Assembly (NCBI GenBank): GCA_963575745.1
Contig: CAUYUJ010000070.1
Span: forward strand, 434,001 to 498,000
Direction: 5' to 3'
DNA: 64,000 nucleotides
Source: Prorocentrum cordatum
Lineage: Eukaryota
Positions 1 to 12,749 of the stretch are shown piece after piece (position 1 is the stretch's first letter; each line of letters opens with the position of its first letter). The position numbers were made by a program, and so were the translations under genes. Under the pieces are notes generated by a model that did no database searches, was not told the origin of the DNA, and saw only the letters and a list, made by a program, of their open reading frames with translations.

Positions 1-110
1 GAAGAAGGAGGATGGATAGGAGGAGGAGGAGGAGGAAGAGGAGGAGGAGGAGGAGGAGGAGGAAGAAGAAAAGGAGTAGGAGCAGGAAAGAGAAACAGGA
101 GGAAGAGAGG
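1..110. repeat. (GGA)n-rich microsatellite
   Basis: Direct reading of the sequence; explains the poly-Arg ORF 12..461. Confidence 0.9.
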
Positions 111-129
111 GGCAAACACAAGGGCCAGA

Positions 130-650
130 GGTCTCTTGGATGCCTCCCGGAGCCTCTTGGAGTATCTTTTGCGCGATTATTAGTGGTTTCCTGGGACGTC
201 TTGGGGGTCTCTTGGCGATCCTGGGGGGCTCTTCGGGGTCTTGGGTGCCTCGGGGGGGGGCCTCGGGGCCGCTTAGGGTCTTCTTGGGGGCCTCCTTGGG
301 GCCTCTTAAGGGGGCCTCGCGGGCCATCTTGGGGCCATCTTGGGACCTCTTGGGGCCTCCTGGGCGCTTCTTGGGGCCATCGTGGAGGAGATCGGTCAAC
401 GAAGGGGGGTCCCTCAATTAAGGTCCCCCCCCAGGAGGCCAAAATGGGGCCAAAACCTTAGTATAATCGATGATTTGGGCTTCCTCGCCGATGCCGTTTT
501 GGACACTCTAACTACCCGCGCCCCCCCCGTCCAGGTCCAGAGAGGGGGGGGTATGGGGGAAGGGGTAAACCCCTCCCCGAAGGGGAAGAGGGAGGGATGG
601 AAGAGGAAGCGCCCTAAACCACCGACGCCCAGAGGGCTGGTGAGATTTAT
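130..650 (+). repeat. Degenerate TCTTGG(GG) ~10-11 bp repeat block ending in a GC hairpin and GAGATT; probable end of a non-autonomous element
   Basis: Recurrent tcttgggg motif at 130-400. The same motif in reverse (ccaaga) occurs at 22790-22890, 35915-36720 and 52420-52500. Confidence 0.6.
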
Positions 651-728
651 GCAGGAATCGCTCTCTCCGCGCTGTGGAGTCGCGCTCTCGCTTGAGACTC
701 GCTTGCAATTAACTCAAGAGTCGCGCTC

Positions 729-1271
729 TTGCGTTGGAATTCCCCGCCATGTATTCTTCACCCTTCGCGTATCTCCACCAGCTGGCGACGCGACTGGGCC
801 GTAAGACGGGTCTTCCACGGCCCGGTCGACCCATTTGACGGTGGCCGCGTGTACGAGGAAGGGATGGGCAACGTCGGCCTCGGCAGGACAGGACAGGCAC
901 CTGCAGCCAAGATCCCCCGTCTCCAGAAGACCCTGGGGGGAGTGTTCAGCAGCGTTTGGCACGCCTACACCCGCAAGCACCCATCCGGGGCCAACGGCCC
1001 GAAGAGCGACCCCGCTCGGAACCCCGAGTCCACTTGTCGCAACTTCCTGGATGCCTGGAAGCGCTGCGGGTACGACGCCTACGAAAGGGACCGCCGGCAC
1101 GAGCTCCAGGTCAACTGGGACCGTGAGCGCAACAAGTGGTCAGGGAACCAGGGCAAAAACGCCCCCCAGCCCACGGGGCACGCGACCAGTTCCCTGCAAC
1201 CCTGGGGCTGTGTTTCCTGGTCCTGGTCGCAAGCCTGGGACGGCGACGACTGGCAGGCCGGGGGCAAGTGA
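729..1271 (+). CDS. Possible small protein or exon with a W-x-x-Y...DP-x-(R/K)-x...FL motif
   Basis: Segment WHAYTRKHPSGANGPKSDPARNPESTCRNFLDAW has ordinary protein composition and resembles a motif I recall from dinoflagellate predicted proteins. Not verified. Confidence 0.35.
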   Translation: MRWNSPPCILHPSRISTSWRRDWAVRRVFHGPVDPFDGGRVYEEGMGNVGLGRTGQAPAAKIPRLQKTLGGVFSSVWHAYTRKHPSGANGPKSDPARNPESTCRNFLDAWKRCGYDAYERDRRHELQVNWDRERNKWSGNQGKNAPQPTGHATSSLQPWGCVSWSWSQAWDGDDWQAGGK

Positions 1272-3734
1272 AGTGGCGACGACAGCAGCGACGGGCGGGG
1301 GGACAAGCGTTCCCACGCGTGGCGCTGAAGTAGCGGCTCCCGTAAGCGAAGGCCCTCCGCCACGCCTTTGCCGGTTCCCCCGTGCGCCCTCCCCTCTCTG
1401 CTGAGTCGGCCCACGCTTCACACTAGACGCATCCCGCCACGCGACGCGCGTCCGATGCCACCGCCGAGGCAGTGCAATCTTCCGCGCCCCTCCCGGCTCC
1501 TCGGTTCTGACCAGCACGGGGCCGTAGTGGGCCACCTGGCCAGGGCGCCGCGCCCCGAGCGAGGCGGCGCACCTCGGGCGCCCCCGCTCTGACGCCCCAC
1601 GGGGCGCCCCTGGCAGCCAGCAGTGCACAGAAGAGGTACAGGGCCCGTTAGGCCGGAGGACGACCGAGAGACGGTCCCAGCGAGCAGCACGGCAGCTCTC
1701 TGTGGCGGCAGGTCTTCCGGGCCGCGCCGCCCCTCCCTCGCAGACGGCCCAGGCATGCGTGCCCTCTGACGTCCGAGTCCTGAGGCCCATCTGGGCACCC
1801 CTGGCGGCCAGCTTGCTCTCCCCAAGTAAAGCATGGCTCGTTAGGCCTGAAGGGGCCGCCGCGGTCGCGTCATCGGATTCGCAAACAGATGCGGGGCCCG
1901 TTAGGCCAGATGGGAACGTGATTTCGCTCTTATCGGTCTTCCTCACATGAACTGGGCCCGTTCGGCCGAAGGATGTCGTGATGTCTCGCGCCCGCACACC
2001 CCTTCTTTGGTAGCCTCCCGTTGCGTGACTCACTGCGGCGCCCGACAACAGCGCCCGACAGCAGCAGACAACGCAGTGTTGTCTATTCGACAGGCAAGAG
2101 GTATCAGGGCCTGTTAGGCCATGTTGGCTTCGGCCACAGCAGTCCCTTCAGTGTGTGTCATCAGTTAACAGTTGGCAACCAGTGGCCGCTAGCCACCCCT
2201 GGTATTGGCTGCAGGCGTCGCTGGCTAGTGATTGTCTGGCGCGGGGGCCCTCGCCGCTGGCCCCCGCCTTGTTTCACACTAGACGCAACGCGCCGCGTAT
2301 GGACTCGGTGATCGTTGCGGGACTTGCAGACAGTGCGGCTACCCCTGGTGCCACTCTATGCCCAGCCCCCGCTGCTCCCCGCCCTTGGGACACGGGCAGC
2401 GGCTGGCTGACAAAACTGACTCGTAGACTGCCGCTGGGGCTGTGGACCACCAGTCCTCCGCCGGCCTCCGGCCCGCCCCACCGCGCCCACGGGCGTCCTC
2501 CCGTGCTGGGGCGCCCCCGCCCCGCAGCTGGTCTCCCGGTGCGCCCGCCGTCGCTTCGGGGCCTCCTCCCCCTGCTTCGGTTCCTTTATACCCCGCAATT
2601 CGCGGTTCTTCTCCCTTCAAGGGTGGGGGCTTTGACTGCTCGTGGTTCAGCCTGGGCATTCCTCCGTGGCTCCACCGCGCTGCCGCGGCCTGGAATGTTG
2701 CGTTGGCGTCTGCCCTCCTGCCGTCTTGGGTCGGCATTGCAGTGCACGTCTTTGGACGCGCTGCCCTGCCAGGCGTCGGTACGAACGGGGGTCGGCTTGT
2801 GCTGGCCAGCCGTCTCGCCTGCCTATGTTTTATACCGCTGCATCACTACGAAATTGATTTACCCAAGAATTGAAACGCCAAGTAAAATTTTACTTGATTT
2901 TTTGTAATTGCGCGGGTCATAGGGGGGTAGGCTGAGTGGACGGGTGCAGGGGCATTCCAATGTTCGACCCGTGCGACACTGCGATAATGATACACACGCC
3001 CAGCATGCGTAGCCAGTTCGGGGTCGGCTTCTGTTTTGCGTTGTCGGCCCTCGCCGCGCTCCCAGCTACAGGCCGCATGCATCGCCACCACTGGTGCGCG
3101 GGTCGTGGAGCAGGACAAGAACTGTGAAAGGCGACTCAAGGGTGGACGAATCCTACCCACCCGCAATGTCACGGAATCTGCGCCGCAGGTTCTGAATTGC
3201 AAGTGGCGGGACCCGCCCGCAGACAACATGAAACGCGACCGCGACGGACGCGGTCGCCCACCGTGCAATCAAAGGTGGTGCCACCAGGAAATTTGGCCCA
3301 CTAACGCGGTTAAGGCGCCCCAAGCCATAAGACGTCAAGCCATCATCCTTTCCCGGCATCCTTGGCTGCTGCTTCGGCCGTCCAAGGGTACCCTTGGCGG
3401 CACATTCATCCTTGCCGTTTGGGGTTGAAGCCCGTTGCACGGCGGCGTCGCAGGGATGGGGGAGGCAAGGGTACCCTTGGGGATCCTTCCGTATCCTTGC
3501 CCATGTTCTCGTTTGGGCGGGCGCATCCCCGCGCGTTTCTTGCCGCGTAATGGCGTTGCACGGCCCCTTGGGCATCCTTGCAGATTTTTGGGTTGTCGCC
3601 TTCTCCCCGATCTTGTGTCAGTTTTGACCCGGCAACGGTATATCTTCATGTTCCCCACGCCCCCTTCTTTGCCTCCCCCCTCCTCCCCCGCGGGGGCTTG
3701 TCGCCCGCTGCTCTTCTGAGGCGCCCTTGGCCCA

Positions 3735-4095
3735 TGATGGCGTCCAGATTCAAAAATGTACCATTGGTTTTCCTCAAGCGGTTTCCGTGGTGACACGCGT
3801 CACCTGCTTTTCTTCTGAAGATTCCCAGGCTCATGTTGGCGCCGAGAATCAAACGATTACGTTTGGTTTTCTCCAAGCGGTTTCCGCGGTGACACGTATC
3901 GCCCGTTGCTTTTCTGAGGCTTCTTTGGATCATGGCGGCGTCCAGAATCAAAAATGCACCGTTGGCTTTCCTCTAGCGGTTTCCTCGGTGACACGTGTCA
4001 CGAGTTGCCTTTCTGAGGTTTCCTTGGTTCATGTTGGCGCCCAGTCAAAAATGCACAGTTGGTTTTCTCCATGGGGCTTCCGCCGTGGCACGTGC
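3735..4095. repeat. Degenerate tandem repeat, ~98-bp unit, about 4 copies
   Basis: tggcg..cag..tcaaaaatg...ttggttttc...gcggtttcc...gtgacacg recurs near 3738, 3837, 3934 and 4036. Confidence 0.8.
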
Positions 4096-5199
4096 CATCC
4101 AGACGGTCACATCCAGTTCGTCATTTGATGTCGTGGTTGCCTGTCATACCTTTTCTCCCGTGACACTTTTCCACGCTAGTCGGCGGCGCGCGGTTAACAA
4201 CTTTTCAGGGAGTAACCTTCGTCGATTTTCCTGTTCCCTGCTCCTCCCCTTCCGCCAACGAGCAGCTCACCAGGAGAGATCTTATAACAAATTGTGTGCG
4301 CATGCTTTCCACGCCGCGCTACCCCAGCCCGTGTCGTACTCAACGGGATCCTGCCCTCCATCTTCGCTGGAGGCACTAGGTTCTATTACATCCAATGTTA
4401 TTTAGACACTACGCTGGCTTCGTTTTATGCATATTTAGAGCGTTGAAAATCTACTCTGCACTAACGTGCCTTACCGCGCCCTTCCCAACCCCTACTCCTA
4501 CACATGCTGTGATCAAGGTCAACCGCATCTCTGCAACTATCCTGCGCCGTACGATTCGTAGCATTAGCGTGGTCCGCAAACCTGCCCCGCAGCTCATCCC
4601 ACCCCACCCTGGCATATTCAAACGCCAGCCAGACGCTATCCACAAGTAGCGGTGGTGCAAAGGGCGGCAAGACCGAGTTCGACGCGGGCGTCTCTTCAGG
4701 GTTCGACGCGTAGATTTCGTAACACACGCGGCCGCCATGGCGGCGTCCACGACGCAAATGTCACCGCGGTAGCACAGCGCAACTCAACGCCCAATCCGCA
4801 TGCGCAGACCACGTGCACATTTCTTGCCCAATATATCCAATGCCCGCTCCCCCCATCAGGCTTTGCTCTACACGGGCTCCTGCAACTAATCACAACTCTT
4901 GTGTACCAGTGCAATATACCTCCTTACCTTGTCCAACGCACAGCCAGCGCTGCTCTTCTTCGTTTGCCGCGACTGTTAAGGCGTCGTTGCTATTTTGATG
5001 TGGATCGCCATATGCTTTAATGCATTCATCCTACGCGAACTTTACGGCGCGCCTGCATCGCGCAGTTTTAGCCCCCCCGCCGCTCCCCCTCCCGCCCCTA
5101 CCGCCACCCCTCATCCCACCCGACCCCACTCCATCGCGACCCCGCTCTGTTCGCGCCCTTCCCCCCCACCCACCCCCCCCCGCGTCCGCGCGCAGCGCC

Positions 5200-6340
5200 C
5201 GTGCACAGCAGCGCCCGCGCGTGGCATCCGTGCGCGAATGTCCATGCGCCACGTCGGTGTGCCACGCGCGCGCGACGCCTACGCACAAGTCCCGTGCGCC
5301 GCATCCGCGCCACAACGCTGCGCCCTTCCCATGGTTCATGGCCACTTATGGAATTGCACCCAAGGCCCCAGTAGAGACGCTTACATGCGTCCGCGCCGCG
5401 CATCATGCCGCACCCTCGCACGGACCGTGGCCCCATAGGGGGCTCCATCTGAGCCCCCTGTGGCGACGTGGACATGCGTCCGCGCCACCGATTACGGCGC
5501 GCCCCATCGCGCGGTTCGCGGCCCCACATGGTGCTCCACTTAAAGCACCCGTGGCGACGGTCGCACGCTCCTGGGCCACCCATCGCGGCGCGCCCTCGCG
5601 CGGTTCGTGGCCCCAGAAGGATCTCAACGAAAGGCTGCCCAACCATTGCGACGCTCTCAATCGCGCGGCCCGTCGCCTCAGAAAGAGTTCCACCCAAGGC
5701 CCCAGTGGCGAAGTTCGCACGCGCGCGCGCAACCCATTGCGGCGCACCCCTCGCACGGTCCGTGGCTGCATGGGGGTTTTGACTTGAGGCGGCGTCGCAC
5801 AAGCGTCCGTGCCGCCCATTACGGCACGCCCCATCACGCGGCCCGTGGCCACATGAGGAGCTCCACATAAAGTCCAAATGGCGACCTTTGCTCGCGCCAT
5901 TCGCGGGCCCATATGGAGCTCCAAGCGACGTGTACTGCGTTTGGCCGCCTATGACGGCACGTGCACGTGCGGTTGCGCCGCCCATGGCGCTTGCGCCGCC
6001 CATGGCCCGCCCACCCACCCAGAGACCCCCGCCCAGCTCCACCCCCGCCACCACCAACCCACCACGACCACCGCCACCCCCACGCACGCCCCCCCCCCCC
6101 GACACACACCACCACCGCCACCACCAACCGTCAACCACCACCACACAAACACGACACACACACACACACACACACACACGACCGGCACCACAGACACACG
6201 CACCACGCACCACACACATCACGGCGCATCTATCGCACGGTTCGTGGCCCCATAGGGAGCCCCACCGAACGCCCCAGTGACACGCGCATTTGCGTGTCCA
6301 CAATCGCGGTCCTCGCCATTGCACACGATCGAGCTCATGC
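5200..6340. repeat. Degenerate GC-rich minisatellite (gtggcgacg...cgcccat...cggttcgtggcccc) with a CA/CCA tract
   Basis: Recurrent motifs; the same family reappears in the same orientation at 20580-21850. Confidence 0.75.
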
Positions 6341-6982
6341 CCAAGATACAGTCGGAGTCCATTAGTAGGTCGGGCCTGCCAAATCAAGGGTACTCTCGTG
6401 TCCTGTGCATCGCGCTTCGTGTCCTCTGCATTCCCCGGGCAAGGGTGCCCTTGTGTCCTGTGCTTTCCGCGGGTGTCGGCGGCTTGGCCCGCGGCGTTCT
6501 GGGCGCGTCGCGCCTCGGGGAGGTCGCGGCCCTGGTCAAGGGTACCCTTGTGTCCTCTCAGATTTGGGGGTTCGGTTCGCTTCGATGTAAGATTGCGGTT
6601 TCAGCGCCGCGCCGCCGGCGCCGCGGCGAAGGGTATACTCTGCGATGTCCTCTGAGTGCGGCCGCACCGCCAGTGAACCAACGACGCGTTCACTCGAGGT
6701 CGCCCCCGCGCAGCAGGGTACTCCTGTGTCCTGTACTTGCCCAGCCCTGCAAGTTCATTCATCGTCGCGTTCGGGCAGGTCGCGGGGCGCGCAAAGGATA
6801 CCCTGCCGTCCTGTGCATTGGCTTCTCTTCGGCGGGCTCCTGGGAACAGCAGCGGAGGCGCGCTTTTGGCGGAGTCACGCGGGCGCTCAGCCTAAGTCTC
6901 ATAGAGCGCTCTGTATTGTTCCGAATAGAGAAGACGCCGTGTTGGCTTGCAAGCTAGAGCGCGCGGACGCGCGCTGGCGCGC

Positions 6983-9900
6983 GCGTGAGGAGTTCTGGAT
7001 GGTCCACAACAGAAAAGCTACCATGTAATTCCAAAAACTGAATTTGAAATTTCTGTGGCCCTTTAAGGAGGCCGACGGACGCACCGACTTTCCATTGTGG
7101 ACAATACAGAAGTCACCACGCGCGCGCGCGTGAGGAGTTCTGTATTGTCCACAATAGAAAAGCCGCCATGTAAGTCCAAAAGCTGAATTTGAAATTTCTG
7201 TTGCCCTTTAAGGAGGCCGACGGAAATGTAGACTTTTCTATTGTGGACAATACAGAAGTCCCCACGCGCGCGCGTGCGCGCGTGAGGAGTTCTGTATTGT
7301 CCACAATAGAAAAGCCGCCATGTAATTTCAAAAACTGAATTTGAAATTTCTGTGGCCCTTTAAAGAGGCCGACGGGAATGCCGAATTTTCTATTGTGGAC
7401 AATACAGAAGTCCCCACACGCGCGGGCGCGCGTGAGGAGTTCTGTCTTCTGCACAATAGAGAAGCCGCCCTGAAATTCCAAAAGCTGAATTTGGAATTTC
7501 CGTTGCCTTTTAAGGAGGCCGACGGAAATGCCAACTTTTCTATTGTGAACAATACAGAAGTCCCGATGCGCGCGCGTCCGCGCGCGCGCGCGCGTGAGGA
7601 GTTCTGTATTGTCCACATTGGAAAAGCCGCCATGTAATTCCAAAAACTGAATTTGAAATTTCTGTGGCCCTTTAAGCAGGCCGGCGGAAATGTCGACTTT
7701 TCTATTGTGAACAGTACCGAAGTCCCCACGCGCGCGCGTGAGGAGTTCTGTATTGTCCACAATAGGGAAGCCGCCATGTAATTCCAAAAGCTGATTTTGA
7801 AATTTTTGTGGCCAGTTAAGGAGGCCGACGGAAATGTCGATTGTTCTGTTGTGAACAATACAGAAGTCCGCACGCGCGCGCGCGTGAGGAGTTCTGTGTT
7901 GTCCACAACAGAAAAGCCGCCATGTAATTCCAAAAACTGATTTTGAAATTTCTGTGGCCCGTTAAGGAGGCCGACGGAAATGTCGACTTTTCTAGTGTGG
8001 ACAATACAGAAGTCCCCACGCGCGCGCGTGCGCGGACGCGCGCCAGTCCGCGCGCGCGCGCGCGAGGAGTTGTGTATTGTCCACAATAGAGAAGTCGCCA
8101 TGTAATTCCAAAAACTGAATTTGAAATTTCTGTGGCCCTGAAGGTCGCCGACGGAAATGTCGACTTGTCTATTGTGGACACTACAGAAGTCCCCGCGCGC
8201 GCGGGCGCGCGCGGACGCGCGCGCGTCGCGCGCGCGCGCGTGAGGAGTTCTGTATTGTCCACAATAGAAAAGCCACTTTGTAATTCCAAAAACTGAATTT
8301 GAAATTTCTGTGGCCCTTTAAGGAGGCCGGCGGAAAAGCTGACTTTTCTATTGTGGACAATACAGAAATGCCCACACGCGCGCGTGAGGAGTGCTGTATT
8401 GTGCACAATAGAAAAGCCGCCACTTAATTCCAAAAACTGAATTTGAAATTTCTGTGGCCCTTTAAGGAGGCCGACGGAAATGTCGACTCTTTTATTGTGA
8501 ACAATACAGACGTCCCCACGCGCGCGCGCGCGCGCGTCAGCGCGCGCGTCAGCGCGCGCGCGCGCGTGAGGAGTTCTGTATTGTCCAGAATAGAAAAGCC
8601 GCCATGTAATTCCAAAAACTGAATTTGAAATTTCTGTGGCCCTTTAAAGAGGCCGACGGAAATGTCTACTTTTCTATTGTGGACAATACAGAAGTCCCCA
8701 CGCGCGCGCGCGCGTCCGCGCGCGCGTCCGCGCGCGAGGAGTTCTGTATTGTCCACAATAAAAAAGCCGCCATGTAATTCCAAAAACTGAATTTGAAATT
8801 TCTGTGGCCATTTAAGGAGGTCAACGGAAATGTCGACTTTTGTGTTGTGAACCATACAGAAGTCCCCGCGCGCGCGCGTCCGCGCGCGCGCGTGAGGAGT
8901 TCTGTATTGTCCACAATAGAAAAGCCGCCATGTAATTCCAAAAACTGAATTTGAAATTTCTGTGGCCCGTTAAGGAGGCCGGCGGAAATGTCGACTTTTC
9001 TATTGTGAATAATAGTACAGAAGTCCCCACGCGCGCCCGCGCGTTCGCGTACGCGCGCGCGTCCGCGCGCGCGCGCGCGTGAGGAGTTCTGTATTGTCCA
9101 CAATAGAAAAGCCGCAATGTCATTCCAAAAACTGAATTTGAAATTTCTGTGGCCCTTTAAGGCGGCCGACGGAAATCTCGACTTTTCGATTGTGAACCAT
9201 ACAGAAGTCCCCCGCGCGCGCGCGTGAGGAGTTCTGTATTGTCCACAATAGAGAAGCCGCCATGTAATTCCAAAAACTGGGTTGGAAATTTCTGTGGCCC
9301 TTAAGGGGGCCGACGAAAATATAGACTTTTCCATTGTGGACAATACAAAAGGCCCCACGCGCGCGCGCGCGTGAGGAGTTCTGTATTGTCCACAATAGAA
9401 AAGCCGCCATGTAACCCAAAAGCTGAATTTGAAATTTCTGTGGCCCTTTAAGGAGGCCGACGGAAATGTCGACTTTTCTAGTGTGGACAATACAGAAGTC
9501 CCCACGCGCGCGCGCGTGAGGAGTTCTGTATTGTCAACAATAGAAAAGCCGCCATGTAATTCCAAAAACTCAATTTGAAATTTCTGTGGCCCGTTAAGGA
9601 GGCCGACGGACATGTCTACTATTTTATTGTGGACGATACAGAAGTCCCCACGCGCGCGCGCGCGAGAAGTTCTGTATTGTCCACAATAGAAAAGCAGCCA
9701 TGTAATTCCAAAAACTGAATTTGAAATTTTTGTGGCCCTTTGAGGAGGCCGACGGAAATGTCGACTTGTCTATTGTGGACAATACAGAAGTCCCCCGCGC
9801 GCGGGCGCGCGCGGACGCGCGCGCGTCCGCGCGCGCGCGCGTGAGGAGTTCTGTATTGTCCACAATAGAAAAGTTGCCATGTAATTCCAAAAACTGGATT

Positions 9901-10927
9901 CGAAATTTCTGTGGCCCTTTAAGGAGGCCGATGGAAATGCCGACTTGTCTATTGTGGACAATCAGAAGTCGCCACGCGCGCGCGCGCGTCCGCGCGCGCA
10001 CGTGAGGAGTTCCTTTTTGTGCACGATAGAGAAGCCGCCATTTAATTTTAAAAACCGAATTTGAAATTTCTGTTGCCCCTTAAGGAGGCAGACGAAAACG
10101 TCCACTTCTCTATTGTGAACCATACAGAGTCCCCACGCGCGCGCGTCAGCGCGCGCGTCAGCGCGCGCGCGCGCGTGAGGAGTTCTGTATTGTCCACAAT
10201 GGAAAAGCCGCCAGGTAATTCCAAAAACTGAGTTTGAAATTGCTGTGGGCCCTTTAAGGAGGCCGACGGAAATGCCGACTTTTTTATTGTGGACAATACA
10301 GAAGTCCCCGCGCGCGCGCGCGCGCGTCTGCGCGCGCGCGCGTGAGGAGTTCTGTATTGTCCCAAATACAAAAAACCTTCATGTAATTCCAAAAACTGAA
10401 TTTGAAATTTCAGGAGGCCGACGGAAATGTCGACTTTTTCTATTGTGAACCATACATAAGTCCCCGCGCGCGCGGACGCGCGCGCGTCCGTTCGCGCGCG
10501 CGCGCGTGAGGAGTTCTGTATTGCCCACAATAGAAAAGCAGCCATGTAATTCCAAAAACTGAATTTGAAATTTCCGTGGGCCTTGAAAGAGGCCGACGGA
10601 AATGTCGACTTTTCTATTGTGAATGATACAGAAGTCCCCGCGCGCGCGCGCGTGAGTTCTGTATTGTCCACAATAGAAAAGCCGCCATGTAATTCCAAAA
10701 ACTGAATTTGAAATTTCTGTGGCCCTTTAAGGATGCCGACGGAAATGTCGACTTGTCTGTTGTGAACAATACAAAGTCCCCACGCGCGCGCGCGAGGAGT
10801 TCTGTATTGTCCACAATAGAGAAGCCGCCATGTAATTCCAAAAACTGAATTTGGAATTTCTGTGGGCCTTTAAAAAGGCCGACGGAAATGTCGACTTTTC
10901 TATCGTGAACAATACAGAAGTCCCCAC
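6983..10927. repeat. Satellite array of roughly 25 units: ~135-bp core with internal inverted repeat plus variable (CG)n linker
   Basis: Unit GTGAGGAGTTCTGTATTGTCCACAATAGAAAAG...CTTTTCTATTGTGGACAATACAGAAGTCCCCAC, separated by short, variable CG runs. Confidence 0.97.
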
Positions 10928-11370
10928 GCGCGTCCTCTCGTTTGCGCCGTCCGCGTCCGCGCCCAGGTTCTCTGGTCTTCTGCCATGGCGACAGGTCGCT
11001 CTCCCGCGAGAGGGTGGTCTGCGCGTCCTCTCGTTTGCGCCGTCCGCGTCCGCGCCCATGTTCTCTGGTCTCCTGCCATGGAGACAGGTCGCTCTCCCGC
11101 GGAAGGGTGGTCTGCGCGTCCTCTCGTTTGCGCCGTCCGCGTCCGCGCCCATGTTCTCTGGTCTTCTGCCATGGCGACAGGTCGCTCTCCCGCGGGAGGG
11201 TGGTCTGCGCGTCCTCTCGTTTGCGCCGTCCGCGTCCGCGCCCATGTTCTCTGGTCTTCTGCCATGGCGACAGGTCGCTCTCCCGCGAGGGGGTGGCCTG
11301 CGCGTCCTCTCGTTTGCGCCGTCCGCGTCCGCGCCCATGTTCTCTGGTCTTCTGCCATGGCGACAGGTCG
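10928..11370. repeat. 93-bp tandem repeat, about 5 copies
   Basis: Unit starts at 11021 and 11114; seen as a 31-aa periodicity in the ORF track. Confidence 0.95.
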
Positions 11371-12749
11371 CGCGACCGCCCCCAGAGGGAGGTGGGCGCG
11401 CGCGGCGCATCATGATTTACTTTTCTGCGCGGTGGGCGGCGCGGCCTGTCGGACACCCCTGGTGTCCTGTCCGACGTTGGCCCCCTGTCGCGGGGGCGCG
11501 GGTCGGCCGCGGGTGACCGCGGTCACGGCCCCGAGAGGGTGCCCTTGTGTCCTGTGGTTCTGGGAGGTCATGTTGCCGCCGGAAGAGTATTGTGTCCTGT
11601 CGCGTGTCCTGGGCAATGGACTCTGCCTGTGCGTCAAACTCCAGCCCCGCGCCTTTCCTCTTCCCCTCCCCCTCTCCCGCCCCCCCCCCCCCTCCGCCCC
11701 TCCCCCAGCCCGTCCCCCGCCCGTCTAATATGGGCGGGCAGGAGGAGAATTGAGTACGGCAGAGCAAGGCAGAGTCGGGGGCAAAGGATGGGGAGTCATA
11801 GGTCACGAGAGAGCGCGCCGTGCCAGCGTGGGATGATCTGTGGGCGCATGCAGTATGAGGTGCAGGTATCTGAGTTCCACTCGCCCACGTTTTGCGACCC
11901 CACGGGTGCCCTCGAGCACGCGCCTCTGCCATCCTGGCCGCGCGCGTGCGATCTCCAGTGTTGGGCCACCCTCTGGGAGGGCAGCCCTTGGCCTCTTCGC
12001 GCACGCCCTGGCCCATGTTGGGGCATCGCGCGCGCGCCCGCAGAACGGGGCGCCCCGTGTGCCCAGGCATTCCGCGGCCGCGCCGCCTGGCACTTGCGGC
12101 GGTATCCTACTCGTGGCGGGGGAAAAAGAGGGGGGAGGCTCTGTCCGTCGGGGCCGCTGGTGGCGTTCAGCGTTAAGCGGCACTCGGCCACCGGCAACGA
12201 GGGGCGCCGTGTCCGAATGCGTTTTTGGCGCATTTGCCCATGTCTTCGAGGGGGGGGGGGGGGGCGGGGGGGTTAGGTCGCCCGTGCGCCGACAGGTGGC
12301 GTCCACCCGAGAATGCGACAGTGGAGCGCTCGGTGGCACAGGGCAGCGCATCGCGGCTGCGCGAGCGTTGCGCTGCGGCTGGGGCGCTGGGCCCGCCCGC
12401 CAAAGTTTCGCAGGGGGGGCGGCGTTCCTCAATCGAAGATGCGAGCGAGCAAGGTGCGTCGCGGCGGAGAGAATCGCAGGGGCGTCGTCATGAGCGTTCT
12501 GTCCACCTACGTCGCCCGAGCACCTCGGGCCGCGCGCCTGGCGCGTGCACCCCGCCAGCGGTTGGCGAGGGGGGAGGGGGGGGGGGGGGGCTGGGCGGAC
12601 GCCCGCGCCGCATGCGCCGCCGCAGCCATCAGCGCCGCCAGATGACGACGAAGCGCGCCGCAGCGCTTGGCGCGCCTCGACGCCGCGCGACCGCGCGCGA
12701 CGGCGCACGACGGCGCACGACGGTGCACGACGGCGTACGACGGAACGAA

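Larger units (their letters stand above)
6349..11629. mobile_element. 5.3-kb non-autonomous TIR element, copy 1, carrying a hairpin satellite
   Basis: Ends read TA|CAGTCGGAGTCCATT ... AATGGACTCTGCCTG|TG. Colinear with 14021-19346 (unique left arm, satellite, 93-bp repeats, right arm). Confidence 0.85.

Noticed and set aside
6983..10927. TTGTCCACA resembles a bacterial DnaA box, repeated many times
   Set aside because: It is part of a satellite palindrome in dinoflagellate DNA with no bacterial genes nearby; treated as coincidence.
10614..11516. 31-aa repeat proteins
   Set aside because: The 93-bp unit is open in all six frames and lies inside a non-autonomous element.
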